Positions 29,904 to 39,861 of a DNA stretch of 64,000 bases are shown piece after piece (within the stretch, counting starts at the first letter, position 1; every line of letters starts with the position of its first letter). The notes below the pieces were generated by a model. That model worked only from the letters and a program-made list of their open reading frames with translations, did not search any database and was not told the origin of the DNA. Source of the DNA: a virus. Position numbers and translations under genes: made by a program. The stretch covers positions 64,001-128,000 of the IMG/VR virus record IMGVR_UViG_3300044695_006747, one strand, 5' to 3'.

Positions 29904-31293
29904 TTACAATCTCCAATCTAGTGTTTCCTTCTGTAATTTTAGCACACCAACCCTTCATATGACAATTAATATAATCGTTATCATCTAGGCCAGCGCCGTG
30001 TCTACTGATTAATGGGATTAATTTTCTATTACCGTTTGTTGGCCCGTCTTCTGCTATTTCTTCGTCGCTTTTTCTTTTGAAAATAGAGAAATTACTACAC
30101 AACCATATGATTCTATCAGATCCGCTAGCGGTATCGGTACTTTCTTTTGTAATACCATCTCTATTTAATTGCACAAAGGCTACTATTGGAAGCTGATATT
30201 TACACGCAAAATTATGAAGTGTTGTCATCATAAAACCAAGAACTTGATATTCTTTCATATCTTGACTAATACCGGCGCTATCCATAAGCTTAAGATAGTC
30301 ATAAAAAATAACACACGGTTTTGCTGTGCCGTCTGAGTTCAGTCCTACTTCTTTTATAATCCATCTTCTCATTATAGATAATTGTTCATCAAAAGATTTA
30401 CCGGCAATAGATTTATGAAATAGTGGAGTTTCTTTTAGATCATTAACAGCGTCCTCTATTTTTTTCTTTAGTGATGGTGTTTGTGCGAATTTTCCACTCT
30501 CAATTTTATTTATTTCTATTTCTGTCATCATAGCCAGTATACGATGAATATGATCATCTTTGGTCATTTCAGTATCCATATTTAATACTGGTATTTTTAA
30601 TTTATTTGCTATATAAAAGCCCATATTGTCCGATAATAGTGTTTTACCAGTTTTTGGTCTTGCTGCTATAACATTTATCGTACTTTTTCTTAGTCCTCCG
30701 CCTATAGCAAAATCATAAGCAGGAAATCCTGTTGATATACCAACCTGATCTATTGGATTGGCAATAAGATCCTCGATATACTCCTCTAGATTCTGACTAA
30801 TCTGTACAGGACTACTATCTTGATCTTCCATAGATGTGCTAAAATTTAGTATTGGCTCCTCGACCAAACTCATTATATGAGATATTGGTTCCGAACCAGT
30901 TATATTGAGCACATTATTTTTGATATCGTCTAATTTTTTATGTAATTTTCTTGCTATTTCTAGTTTTTTGATTTTTGCCGCAAACTGTAAAAGATTATCA
31001 AAGTTAGCTGGAAACTCTAAAATTGCTTTTAGGTGCTGAGTTTCTTCTTTTTTCTGTAAAACATAATCAAGATCAAGCTCTTTTGCAGCGGAGAAGATTG
31101 ATGCTATATCTATTGATTGACAATTATGATCTACAAATATTTTCTTCAAACATTTGTATATTATAATATTGCTATCTATGGTAAAACTATTTTCATTTAT
31201 TATGTCTGCAACTTCAAGGTATGCTTTTTCACCATATTGGCATAATATAGATAGTACTGCTCTTTCAGCAGACGGATCAAATAAAATATTCAT
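29842..31293 (-). CDS. dnaB: Replicative DNA helicase (DnaB family)
   Basis: AERAVLS N-domain, GISTGF, Walker A AARPKTGKT, Walker B IFYDYLKL, QLNR. Confidence 0.92.
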   Translation of the reverse strand: MNILFDPSAERAVLSILCQYGEKAYLEVADIINENSFTIDSNIIIYKCLKKIFVDHNCQSIDIASIFSAAKELDLDYVLQKKEETQHLKAILEFPANFDNLLQFAAKIKKLEIARKLHKKLDDIKNNVLNITGSEPISHIMSLVEEPILNFSTSMEDQDSSPVQISQNLEEYIEDLIANPIDQVGISTGFPAYDFAIGGGLRKSTINVIAARPKTGKTLLSDNMGFYIANKLKIPVLNMDTEMTKDDHIHRILAMMTEIEINKIESGKFAQTPSLKKKIEDAVNDLKETPLFHKSIAGKSFDEQLSIMRRWIIKEVGLNSDGTAKPCVIFYDYLKLMDSAGISQDMKEYQVLGFMMTTLHNFACKYQLPIVAFVQLNRDGITKESTDTASGSDRIIWLCSNFSIFKRKSDEEIAEDGPTNGNRKLIPLISRHGAGLDDNDYINCHMKGWCAKITEGNTRLEIVNGKDDDDGFEVKDEENIPFD

Positions 31294-31297
31294 TGTT

Positions 31298-31675
31298 TCA
31301 TCCAGCAGTCGTTGAACACTTATTGCACTTGTATCTATTTTTATCTAGCACTAGTGCTGGATTACATTTCTCTTTTCTGCCACAGCATCTGCATACCAAT
31401 TCTATGTAAGAAAACTCTCTATTTCTTTCAGTTGGTGGTGTTTTAGATAATTTTTGATCTATTGCAACATCATCTTTATGAAGATTTTTTTCTGACATTT
31501 TATCAAAAAGATTTATATTACTACCTCTTGCTTTTGATTTATTAGTTTTGATATTACTATTTAATTTAGGACTATCACTTACTTCATCATTTTTACTTTC
31601 TGGTAATAATGAAGACAATAATTCTATTAATCCTTTTATTTGTTCTGGATTATTTTTTAAATTTTCAAGATCCAT
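31298..31675 (-). CDS. Hypothetical protein with a C-terminal zinc ribbon
   Basis: CRCCG...RYKCNKC. It abuts dnaB. Confidence 0.6.
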   Translation of the reverse strand: MDLENLKNNPEQIKGLIELLSSLLPESKNDEVSDSPKLNSNIKTNKSKARGSNINLFDKMSEKNLHKDDVAIDQKLSKTPPTERNREFSYIELVCRCCGRKEKCNPALVLDKNRYKCNKCSTTAG

Positions 31676-32159
31676 TCTTCACCTTATTTCTTTGAATAGA
31701 TAATATAATATCCGATAAATTTTTAATGCTATTTGCCAAATATGAGAGTCTGTCACTACGCTGTTTTGCATACTTTTTGATATTGTTTAATGAAGTGGCC
31801 TTGTCGTTGTGTTTTATTGCCTGACCAGCCTTTTCTGCATATCCATAGCCTTTATAGTTATTTATTTCATCGGCTATAGTCTCCTTTATTGTTTCATCTG
31901 ACCAATTATACCGAGCTATCTCCCTGTTGATTGTTCTCTGAATAAAGAAAGCATACTGTCCTAATCTATATGCTATGTTCCCACAATCTTCTGGAGAAAG
32001 TTTTTCTAAGGATTCTCTGTTCATAGATAAATATTCTTGCAGTTCAGATTCTGTTAAATAAGAATTTTGTGCAACATACTTACCTAAGCCTAGAGAATTT
32101 TCATAATCATCTAGAATAGAGTCCCAATGTTGCATTTCTTCTTTAGATGTTTTTGACAT
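31665..32159 (-). CDS. Helical protein, possible UvsY-like recombination mediator
   Basis: All-helical with a coiled-coil C-terminus, located two genes from the RecA/UvsX homologue. Resemblance is architectural only. Confidence 0.35.
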   Translation of the reverse strand: MSKTSKEEMQHWDSILDDYENSLGLGKYVAQNSYLTESELQEYLSMNRESLEKLSPEDCGNIAYRLGQYAFFIQRTINREIARYNWSDETIKETIADEINNYKGYGYAEKAGQAIKHNDKATSLNNIKKYAKQRSDRLSYLANSIKNLSDIILSIQRNKVKNGS

Positions 32160-32547
32160 ATTCGGTCCACTCTTCTGTTTTATTGTATGGTAATTCTACG
32201 TATTTAATATTATTTATTTCACACCACTCTTTCTTTTCTTGATCTCTTTTTTTTGCTTTAGCAAATGCCAATATATTGGTGTGATAAAACGGGGTAAATT
32301 TGTAGTGTTGTTCGCCATGAACCTCAATACATAGTTTAACGAGAGGGATGAAAAAGTCAAGATACGCTATTTGATTTTTTCTAATATGCACTGTTACTTC
32401 TTCTAAGCTTTGCATAGTTGGAAAAATATCTTTTATAATTTGTCTAGTAAGCAAATGTAGACTAGATTTATTAAAAGAATTACTTGTTGAGCCATTTTTA
32501 TGAAAAGACCAATTGCTTACATTCCCGTCCAAGTCCATAACTTGCAT
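32143..32547 (-). CDS. DUF559/Vsr-like PD-(D/E)xK endonuclease
   Basis: YLDFFIPLVKLCIEVHGEQHY...RDQEKKEWCEINNI. Confidence 0.75.
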   Translation of the reverse strand: MQVMDLDGNVSNWSFHKNGSTSNSFNKSSLHLLTRQIIKDIFPTMQSLEEVTVHIRKNQIAYLDFFIPLVKLCIEVHGEQHYKFTPFYHTNILAFAKAKKRDQEKKEWCEINNIKYVELPYNKTEEWTEYVKNI

Positions 32548-33563
32548 TACTTATTTCCTATAATATTTCTTACTTCATTGTATAGCTTTTCGTAGGATTC
32601 TGGGTTTTGCAATAAGTATGCTCGGATTTTTTCCGTTCCCTGAAATTTAGTTTTTTCTCCTTCCAAGAAAGGAAGAGTATACCATGCTCCAGATTTATTG
32701 ATCAAACCAAGATCGCACCCTATGGTAATCAATTCCGTGTGTCTATCAATACCTTCTCCGTATCTTATATAACTAGTAATTTGTCCTCCTGGAGGCCCAA
32801 GAGCAGAACACATAGTCTGCCATTCTACTTCTTGTCCTATTTGTGTGTTATCGGTTCCTAAAAGCCAAGGCTTAAAGGATTTTGCACGAATTTTTATATC
32901 TGTTTGATATGCAATAGCCTGACCGCTTTTTTCCTTAAACTCTGCCCCATATCCTGTTGGATTGCCCATTAAATGTGTGATACCTATTACAATATTTTTA
33001 TTTACAGGAATAACATTTGCTACTTTGCGACAAAATTTAGCTAGTAATTTTGCTCCGTCTGCTCGTTGCATTTTATCCATATCACTAGTTATTTCTGCTT
33101 CTGTGCATAATGCAGAATACGAGTCGATAATGACAACCGATCCTGGTTCTTGGTTTATGATTCTTTCTGCAATTTGAAGATATTCTTCTGCTCTTAATAT
33201 TTTGCCAGTTTGAGACCCTATAACATCAAATTTTTCTAGGTTTAAACCAGGTATACCTTCCAGATCTCTTTTTTTAAGTCGGCCTTCTATGTTCAAATAG
33301 TAAACCATACGACCATCCTTATAGGATCCTGTGCCGTACTCCGGTCTTTGTGCCGTAGCAGCAAAATCCAAAGATGTCGTGGTTTTTCCACATTTTGGTT
33401 GACCAGTTAAAACAACAAAACTTCCTTCTGGAATACCTCCTCCCAAAATCATGTCTAATGCTGGGCTTACTGGTATAACGATTGATTCTTTATCAACAAC
33501 AGAAGATGCTGACAATATAATCTCATCACCAAAATCTTTTTTTACGCTATCTTTAATGCTCAT
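32547..33563 (-). CDS. recA: RecA/UvsX-like recombinase
   Basis: SPALDMILGGGIPEG, Walker A GQPKCGKTT, Walker B VIIDSYSAL, YGEGID...GLINKSGAWY, KFQGTEK. Confidence 0.92.
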   Translation of the reverse strand: MSIKDSVKKDFGDEIILSASSVVDKESIVIPVSPALDMILGGGIPEGSFVVLTGQPKCGKTTTSLDFAATAQRPEYGTGSYKDGRMVYYLNIEGRLKKRDLEGIPGLNLEKFDVIGSQTGKILRAEEYLQIAERIINQEPGSVVIIDSYSALCTEAEITSDMDKMQRADGAKLLAKFCRKVANVIPVNKNIVIGITHLMGNPTGYGAEFKEKSGQAIAYQTDIKIRAKSFKPWLLGTDNTQIGQEVEWQTMCSALGPPGGQITSYIRYGEGIDRHTELITIGCDLGLINKSGAWYTLPFLEGEKTKFQGTEKIRAYLLQNPESYEKLYNEVRNIIGNK

Positions 33564-33996
33564 TATCTATATCCTTTAGTCTATCAAAAATATTTGTTTT
33601 TTTAGTATTTGAGACGCCTTTACTGACGGTATTTCTTTCTATAAGAACGTTTTGTTCATTATTTTTTGTTTGAAGAATGTTTTCTTGTCTAACTATAATA
33701 TCCACCAGATGAGGAGCCCTCAATGAATAAATTTTTTGACCTTCTGGTGTTTTGAGAGCAGCTATAATAGCTTTATCGCTATATTTGCTTAATAGTTTAT
33801 TAGCAGAAAAAATTTGTGATTTATAAAATTTTTCCCACTCTTTATTGATCCAAAATCTATAATGAAGATCTTTTTTATTTTTTATTGCTAAGTGTTCGCA
33901 TATAATTTCTGTTATATATTGCGATGCAGAAACAGTTTTACCGTTAGAATACTTTGATAAATATTTATTCGTTTGTATTTTCTTCTGGTTTGTCAT
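33553..33996 (-). CDS. Hypothetical protein
   Basis: ORF coupled to recA. No motif recognised. Confidence 0.6.
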   Translation of the reverse strand: MTNQKKIQTNKYLSKYSNGKTVSASQYITEIICEHLAIKNKKDLHYRFWINKEWEKFYKSQIFSANKLLSKYSDKAIIAALKTPEGQKIYSLRAPHLVDIIVRQENILQTKNNEQNVLIERNTVSKGVSNTKKTNIFDRLKDIDNEH

Positions 33997-34390
33997 TAGA
34001 TTTATATAGATCTTTACAGGTTTTGGTCAATGATTCTTGTAGATTAACAAAAAAAGTTTCTATAAAAGCTTTGTAGTCAGATACTATAAAATCTATATAA
34101 AATTTCTTATTTTCATGATAAACAGTTTCTGGTGCTGTTGTTACATCGTTTCCTTTTTTAAATACCTTACAATTAGTATCAAGTTCTATTATATATGGTA
34201 TTGGTTTATCTGAATTTGAATTTTCCTTGTCTTCTGCTTCCTCTTCTGTAGAATTATTTAGTGATTCTAAAAAAAATTGTGCTTCTTGTACTTTTGGCAA
34301 TAATTTATAAAATAGCTCTATCTCTTCTTCGGAGATTATATCAGATACTAGCTTCTGTTTTTCTTCAACTTGTTCTGTTATTTCTTCCAT
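33965..34390 (-). CDS. Hypothetical acidic protein
   Basis: Phage-like codon use, contiguous with neighbours. Confidence 0.6.
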   Translation of the reverse strand: MEEITEQVEEKQKLVSDIISEEEIELFYKLLPKVQEAQFFLESLNNSTEEEAEDKENSNSDKPIPYIIELDTNCKVFKKGNDVTTAPETVYHENKKFYIDFIVSDYKAFIETFFVNLQESLTKTCKDLYKSNDKPEENTNE

Positions 34391-34725
34391 TAACTCCTCG
34401 GCTTAAAAATATTTTTGTTAGTGTTTTTATCAGAAACCTTTTTTCTGTTTTCATCCCCTTGTGCAGAAGCGTCCTTTGTCATAATTGCAACAGATTTATT
34501 TCTCTTAACAGATGTTTCCATAATCATGAGATTTTTCTTTTTGTCACCAACAACAGATGATGATGTTTTTATATTTGGGTTTTCTGATGCCTGTGTTTGT
34601 TTTTCCAAAACACCGTTAACTTGTTTAACGTCTATTGACAATTCCTCGGCAATCTGTTCCGGGGAGTTCTCTTTATAATTTAACCATAATATTGCGTAAT
34701 TATTTGCTTTACTTAATTTAGCCAT
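34390..34725 (-). CDS. Hypothetical protein with a possible N-terminal HTH
   Basis: SPEQIAEELSIDVKQVNGVL is HTH-like. Confidence 0.5.
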   Translation of the reverse strand: MAKLSKANNYAILWLNYKENSPEQIAEELSIDVKQVNGVLEKQTQASENPNIKTSSSVVGDKKKNLMIMETSVKRNKSVAIMTKDASAQGDENRKKVSDKNTNKNIFKPRS

Positions 34726-35102
34726 TATGAAGCCTCTCTTTCAGCGTTGTTTAACCATGCTATGTTTTTTGTTTTTAAAAAATTTGTATATAGGTCAAAT
34801 ACCTTATAGCTTACATTTCTAAACTTATCAGAAGATCTACAAATTCTATCTAGAAAAGTTTGATTTTTATTGTCTTGATAAATAGCCACAGGATTATGTA
34901 ATTTTCCATTAGTATTCAATTTAATACTATATCTTATTGATCCATCGTCCCTGGTTATTTTTTTGGCAAATGTGTTATCATTTGCGTCTTTTTGTCTTGG
35001 TAGACGGTTTGTATCTAAAAAGTCTTCCATGCCTATTAGTGTATAATATTCTTCACTTATTTCTGGTTTATTTATCGTTTGAGAAAATATATATTCTTCC
35101 AT
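34725..35102 (-). CDS. Hypothetical protein
   Basis: ORF with an AGGTG RBS, contiguous with neighbours. Confidence 0.6.
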   Translation of the reverse strand: MEEYIFSQTINKPEISEEYYTLIGMEDFLDTNRLPRQKDANDNTFAKKITRDDGSIRYSIKLNTNGKLHNPVAIYQDNKNQTFLDRICRSSDKFRNVSYKVFDLYTNFLKTKNIAWLNNAEREAS

Positions 35103-35112
35103 ATATCACCTT

Positions 35113-35466
35113 TCATGTCCATGTGGGTTTATTCTTTGGTTTAGGAGTATAACTCATACCTTTTGGTAACGGCTTGGTTTGTTCTTTATTGTCTTTGTAT
35201 GAATTATGTTTTGCATGTAATGACTGCTTTTGATCTTCACTTAATCTATCTCTATTTCTTAGTGCAAGATCTCCTATTGTCTTTAGTTCCGAGTCGCTTT
35301 TTTTAACAGACGTGGCTTGTGATGAAACATCTGATATATAATCTCTTACTACATATTTATTGGAGTTGCAATTTGTACATTTTGGACTATCTATATAATC
35401 TCTTATAGAAAAAAATAGTTCAAAGTTCGTTTCACATTTTTCGCAAGTATAACTATAACTAGGCAT
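35113..35466 (-). CDS. FmdB-family zinc-ribbon protein
   Basis: MPSYSYTCEKCETNFE...CTNCNS. Confidence 0.8.
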   Translation of the reverse strand: MPSYSYTCEKCETNFELFFSIRDYIDSPKCTNCNSNKYVVRDYISDVSSQATSVKKSDSELKTIGDLALRNRDRLSEDQKQSLHAKHNSYKDNKEQTKPLPKGMSYTPKPKNKPTWT

Positions 35467-36040
35467 AAGATTCTGGTAAGTATACTAACCATTCCTCAGG
35501 TATCTCGTCTTTTATTTTAAACAGATGGTGTGCTATGGGCAAGTACTTTTGTGTTTTTTGCGGTTTTATTGGTAGATTTATCAGTGGCATATTAGCCTGT
35601 TTTGGTGTTCTACTACCCTTTTTTCTATTGCAATTAACACAAGCCGTAACAATGTTTGTCCATGATGTTGGAGATCCTGCGTCATAGTTCCATTGTGATT
35701 TTGGAATTACATGATCATAAGTTAAATTATTAATAGAAAATTTGTTACCACAATATTGACATGTATGATTATCTCTAACAAAAATATTTTTTCTAGAAAA
35801 TGTTACTGTATAGCTTGTTGATCTAAAAAATCTTTTGGTTTTTGCTATGCATGGTATTGGATATTTTTTATTATTAACACCATTGATATAATCATTTTTA
35901 TAGAAATCAATAATTTCGATCCCATATTTAGGGTTATTTATATATCTCATATGCCATATAATTGCTTTTCCCCAGCCGATAATAGAAAGAGGAGTATAAT
36001 CAGCATTTAATACTAAGCATTTATTGTTATGTAATTCCAT
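35459..36040 (-). CDS. HNH endonuclease (McrA/HNH_5-like)
   Basis: LVLNADYTPL, RKNIFVRDNHTCQYCG...LTYDHVIPKS...WTNIVTACVNCNRKKG. Confidence 0.92.
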   Translation of the reverse strand: MELHNNKCLVLNADYTPLSIIGWGKAIIWHMRYINNPKYGIEIIDFYKNDYINGVNNKKYPIPCIAKTKRFFRSTSYTVTFSRKNIFVRDNHTCQYCGNKFSINNLTYDHVIPKSQWNYDAGSPTSWTNIVTACVNCNRKKGSRTPKQANMPLINLPIKPQKTQKYLPIAHHLFKIKDEIPEEWLVYLPESYA

Positions 36041-36755
36041 TTTCGTAAGATTCTAATCTAGAAAGAATTTTTCCTATAATAGGATTTCTAACAATATCTT
36101 GATTAAATAATTGAGCTACGCCTATTTGATCAACGCCGCTCAAAGCATTTATCAAGTCAATAAATCCTCCTCTCATACTTCTGTGAAGATCTGATTGACT
36201 GATATCTCCTGTTAATACCATTTTACTATCATTTCCAAGGCGTGTCAACAACATTTTTAATTGATCATACGAAGCATTTTGACACTCATCTGCTACTATG
36301 AAAGCATTATGAAAATTACGTCCTCTCATTAGTCCTAATGGAACTATTTCGATTCTATTGTTTAGTTTTAGACTAGCATAATGGCCCATAGGAATAAAAT
36401 GACAGACCTCATCTAATATTGGTAATAGATATGGGTGTAATTTTTCTTCTGCTGTACCAGGTAAATATCCTATTTTTTCTCCGCTTTCAACTACTGGTCG
36501 AGTAATGATAATTTTTTTAACTTTATCTTCTAATAAGTATTCTAATGCCATACCAACAGCTATATGCGTCTTACCACTACCAGCAACGCCTTGACAGAAT
36601 GTAATAGTATTTTCTGCAATAGTTCTGATATATTCTTTTTGATTTTCTGTTCTTGGCTTTAGTCTATTTCTATAGATCATACCTGTTGGTTGAACATTGT
36701 TGGTAAGATCTATGACTTTGGACTTTTTCTTATTGTTTTTAGTATTTTTTCTCAA
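36027..36755 (-). CDS. phoH: PhoH-family ATPase
   Basis: GVAGSGKT, IIITRPVVESGE.IGYLPG, MRGRNF, DECQN, LTGDISQSD. TTG start with a GGAGA RBS. Confidence 0.95.
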   Translation of the reverse strand: MRKNTKNNKKKSKVIDLTNNVQPTGMIYRNRLKPRTENQKEYIRTIAENTITFCQGVAGSGKTHIAVGMALEYLLEDKVKKIIITRPVVESGEKIGYLPGTAEEKLHPYLLPILDEVCHFIPMGHYASLKLNNRIEIVPLGLMRGRNFHNAFIVADECQNASYDQLKMLLTRLGNDSKMVLTGDISQSDLHRSMRGGFIDLINALSGVDQIGVAQLFNQDIVRNPIIGKILSRLESYENGIT

Positions 36756-36777
36756 TGGTTATCTCCACTGGTGATAG

Positions 36778-38970
36778 TTAAATTAGACAAGCTCCGCCAG
36801 CACAACTAATTTCTTCTATTCCAGCAGTATTGTCCTCTGTTTCCAACAGTTGTGTATAATCTACCTTTTTATACGTATCATACAAATCACAATATATTTT
36901 CCAATTATATACATCTTTCATGCAGTATGTGAGTCTCTTTAGGTCTCCGTCAAAATATTTTCCTGCAAAGTTTTTCATCTTAGTTATAAACAATAGTTTT
37001 TCTTTTGAGTCCGTTTCTTTTGCTTGGTTCATGCTTACATAATCACAAGCAGCCCAAAGATTATTATCAAAAGCATTTAATGCTAACTCAATAAGCCCAG
37101 AGCACCACAGGGCTGCATCTCCGTATTCTTTGACTATTTCTCTACTAGTATAAACGGTAGTAAATGGTGCTTGAGGATAGTCTTTATCTCCACTTTGAGG
37201 AATAAGACTAATACCAGCAAAATATTTACGATTGTTATAAATATATTTGGTTACATCGTCCCATTCGTCTGGTTTAACGGTAACAGTATTACTAACATTA
37301 TGACTTAAATATTCCTGAGTACATAGACCTTTATTTTTTCCAGAAAATACCCAATTCTTTTGAGTATCTTTAACGATGCCCAACATATCTACTGCTGGTA
37401 GTTGATTCTTTAATTTTGCTCCGTCTGGTACTTCTATTGGAAATTTTATGACTTCATCAGTATTATTAGCCGACCACCTTGATTTTTCACACGCTTGCGG
37501 GTTATAATTTTTGAAGTGTTGGTATGGAGCCTCTAAAATATTGGCCTGTACGTGTCTGATATAGCGTTTAGCATGGTGCGGGTGAATGCCGGAACTAGTT
37601 CCAAGCATACTTGAAGATGTTCCTTCTGGTTTTAAGCAAGTAACACGAGCGGCCTGATTAATACCAATCTTTTTGGCCATTTCTTTATTTGTATCAACTG
37701 CTATCTTGGCTCCTGCTTTTAATACCTTCTCTGATAGTACTAAATCGTGTTTTTCCATGATACCAGTTAGAGAAACACCAAGCAGAGCTTCTCTTTGAAA
37801 GATTTTGCAACTAATTTCTCCTAGATAATCTAATTTAGTAAAACCAGCCTGTAGTGTTCCTATAATTGCTGCGGCTTTGCAACGATCATAAAAATCATTT
37901 TCGTCCTCAATAGACGAGCAGTTGATGGTAGATAAGTTACAACCCTGCCAACCGCTCTTGCCTGTTGCTTCATCAACGGGCCACATACCTACCTCAACAC
38001 AGGGATTAAAAGTCATTTCTGTTGAATCACTCCAAATAAATCCAGGCTCACCAAACTCTTTTACACTTTCCATCAACGTTTGAAATTGCTCAAGTGTTGT
38101 TTCATCTTTTAGTAATAGAGCAGAATTATTGCTTCTTGCTCTTTGAGGATTATCCATATACCAATTGCCTGTCTTAGCTTTTGCCATTTCTTCATCATCA
38201 GCACTAAACAATGCCAAACTAGCTGATCGTCTTACACCACCACTTAAAACAGCGTCACTACTATGCATGATAATATCATAAGCATCAATTGGTCTTAATT
38301 TTTTCTGACCATTAGCTATACAACGGTCTAATAGAGTTCTTATTTTTTCTAGACCATTTGCTAGTGGTTCAAATCCTGGTGCTTTACCAACACCAGAACT
38401 AAGATCAGAGCCTTTGGGTCTAATATTACTATAGTCGAATACAACGTATGTGTTTTTATACATTTTGAATTCTTCTATAGGTTTACTAAAATAGCTACTA
38501 AGAAGAACGCCTAATGCATCGGCCCATCCTTCTATACTGTCTTCGATAACATATTTTGTTCCTTCTCCATTTTCAATTTCGTGTTCTAGTGATGGAAGTT
38601 TAGCAACGTGGTGTTTTTGAACACTAAATCCTGTGCCACTACCACATAGTAACAACCAAAAACACTCTTGAAAAAAACGTAGTCTATCACAATAGGAACT
38701 TGTGCAATTATAAATTTTTGCATGACGCTTTAGGATAGGATCTCCTCCAAACTGGAGTCCTCTTTGACTTCCTAGTATTTTCTTTTTATACATCATATCG
38801 TATGCCCAGTTAATCTCATCAGAGATTCCTTTATCGGCATACATTGTATGCATCATATTTTTAACGCGCTCAACCGCTTCTTTCCATGTTTCTCTTCTGT
38901 TTTTTTCTGGTATCCAACGAGCATATTTACTAACAAACGTATAATTTTGAAGCTCCTGAAGCGCGGACAT
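36778..38970 (-). CDS. nrdJ: Class II (adenosylcobalamin-dependent) ribonucleotide reductase
   Basis: SKYAR...RETWKEAVER, YNCTS, GGVRRSA, FNPCVE (thiyl Cys), GCNLS, CLKPEGTSS, C-terminal CAGGAC. No nrdB nearby. Confidence 0.92.
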   Translation of the reverse strand: MSALQELQNYTFVSKYARWIPEKNRRETWKEAVERVKNMMHTMYADKGISDEINWAYDMMYKKKILGSQRGLQFGGDPILKRHAKIYNCTSSYCDRLRFFQECFWLLLCGSGTGFSVQKHHVAKLPSLEHEIENGEGTKYVIEDSIEGWADALGVLLSSYFSKPIEEFKMYKNTYVVFDYSNIRPKGSDLSSGVGKAPGFEPLANGLEKIRTLLDRCIANGQKKLRPIDAYDIIMHSSDAVLSGGVRRSASLALFSADDEEMAKAKTGNWYMDNPQRARSNNSALLLKDETTLEQFQTLMESVKEFGEPGFIWSDSTEMTFNPCVEVGMWPVDEATGKSGWQGCNLSTINCSSIEDENDFYDRCKAAAIIGTLQAGFTKLDYLGEISCKIFQREALLGVSLTGIMEKHDLVLSEKVLKAGAKIAVDTNKEMAKKIGINQAARVTCLKPEGTSSSMLGTSSGIHPHHAKRYIRHVQANILEAPYQHFKNYNPQACEKSRWSANNTDEVIKFPIEVPDGAKLKNQLPAVDMLGIVKDTQKNWVFSGKNKGLCTQEYLSHNVSNTVTVKPDEWDDVTKYIYNNRKYFAGISLIPQSGDKDYPQAPFTTVYTSREIVKEYGDAALWCSGLIELALNAFDNNLWAACDYVSMNQAKETDSKEKLLFITKMKNFAGKYFDGDLKRLTYCMKDVYNWKIYCDLYDTYKKVDYTQLLETEDNTAGIEEISCAGGACLI

Positions 38971-38971
38971 A

Positions 38972-39109
38972 TTATCTCCTATCTAAAATGTTGAATAATG
39001 CTAGTATCACCAATGCTTGAAAAGATTTCTGTTGCATTTCTATATTTCCGGCAATACTATTGTAGAAATAAACTAATAACATTAAATATAATACAATCTT
39101 GTATATCAT
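38972..39109 (-). CDS. 45-aa hydrophobic hypothetical protein missed by the ORF track (MIYKIVLYLMLLVYFYNSIAG...)
   Basis: It fills the gap exactly. The ATG overlaps the deaminase TGA, and its 3' end supplies the AGGAGA RBS of nrdJ. Confidence 0.6.
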   Translation of the reverse strand: MIYKIVLYLMLLVYFYNSIAGNIEMQQKSFQALVILALFNILDRR

Positions 39110-39576
39110 AATACACCACACAGTTGTTTCAGCCAAGAAAGATTTGCTTCTACATATTGAACATTAATTCCACTCATAGAAACAAATGTATCAAATCTTT
39201 TTTGTGCATCTGCGTCAAAAAGATGAGTTCCATGATTTTTTGACATTACAACTGTGGATATTCCTTCTTGCCACAAAGCCATTATACAGTCATTGCAGCA
39301 TTGACCGGTAACATAGGCGACACCGTTTTCTGGTCTGATAATACAATTAGAAAGAGCGTTTCTTTCTGCGTGTATCATCCAAGGATATTTTTCTGGTCTT
39401 GTGTTTGGCAATATTGTATCATCAAGACCCCTTGGAAAACCATTGTATCCTAAGCCTAAAATACGATTATTTTGATCTGTAATTACACAACCGTGCTGTG
39501 TTTGAATATCGTGGCTACGTTGAGAAACAACCTTAGCCAATCCTAAAAAGTAATCTGTCCACGATGGTCTGCTCAT
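39106..39576 (-). CDS. dCMP deaminase (ComEB/cytidine deaminase fold)
   Basis: RPSWTDYFL...SQRS, LGYNGFPRG, IHAERNA, CCNDC. Confidence 0.92.
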   Translation of the reverse strand: MSRPSWTDYFLGLAKVVSQRSHDIQTQHGCVITDQNNRILGLGYNGFPRGLDDTILPNTRPEKYPWMIHAERNALSNCIIRPENGVAYVTGQCCNDCIMALWQEGISTVVMSKNHGTHLFDADAQKRFDTFVSMSGINVQYVEANLSWLKQLCGVL

Positions 39577-39582
39577 ACCCTT

Positions 39583-39610
39583 ATGATACAGTATCGTGGC
39601 TTATGGTCAA
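39583..39610 (-). promoter_or_regulatory. Sigma70-type promoter (TTGACC-N16-TATCAT) upstream of the dCMP deaminase-nrdJ-phoH run
   Basis: The minus strand reads TTGACC ATAAGCCACGATACTG TATCAT, with the same -35 and spacing as the ssb promoter. Confidence 0.65.
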
Positions 39611-39861
39611 GGGTTGTTTTTTGTAAGTTTGTTATAGACAACAAGACTTAATATACCGCCAGCAACTCCCATAAATATTCCTGCTGGACTCAAACTTTCG
39701 TATTGTCCAATAAGATATAGTATTGCGCCACCAGCATAAGACCCAGCGACTCCTAGAGCAACTGTTTTAACAAAACCGAAATTTTCCTCTCCGGGGACAA
39801 TAGCCTTTGAAATACTGCCGACTAGAAGACCGTATACTAACCATGTTAATAAACTAAGCAT
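39607..39861 (-). CDS. GlsB/YeaQ/YmgE-family (transglycosylase-associated) small membrane protein
   Basis: WLVYGLLVGSISKAIVPG...TVALGVAGSYAGG...GVAGGILSL. Confidence 0.88.
   Translation of the reverse strand: MLSLLTWLVYGLLVGSISKAIVPGEENFGFVKTVALGVAGSYAGGAILYLIGQYESLSPAGIFMGVAGGILSLVVYNKLTKNNP

Noticed and set aside
35459-36040. HNH gene as a mobile intron or defence system
   Set aside because: It is free-standing and translationally coupled between phoH and the FmdB-like gene. It interrupts nothing, and no methylase partner is present.
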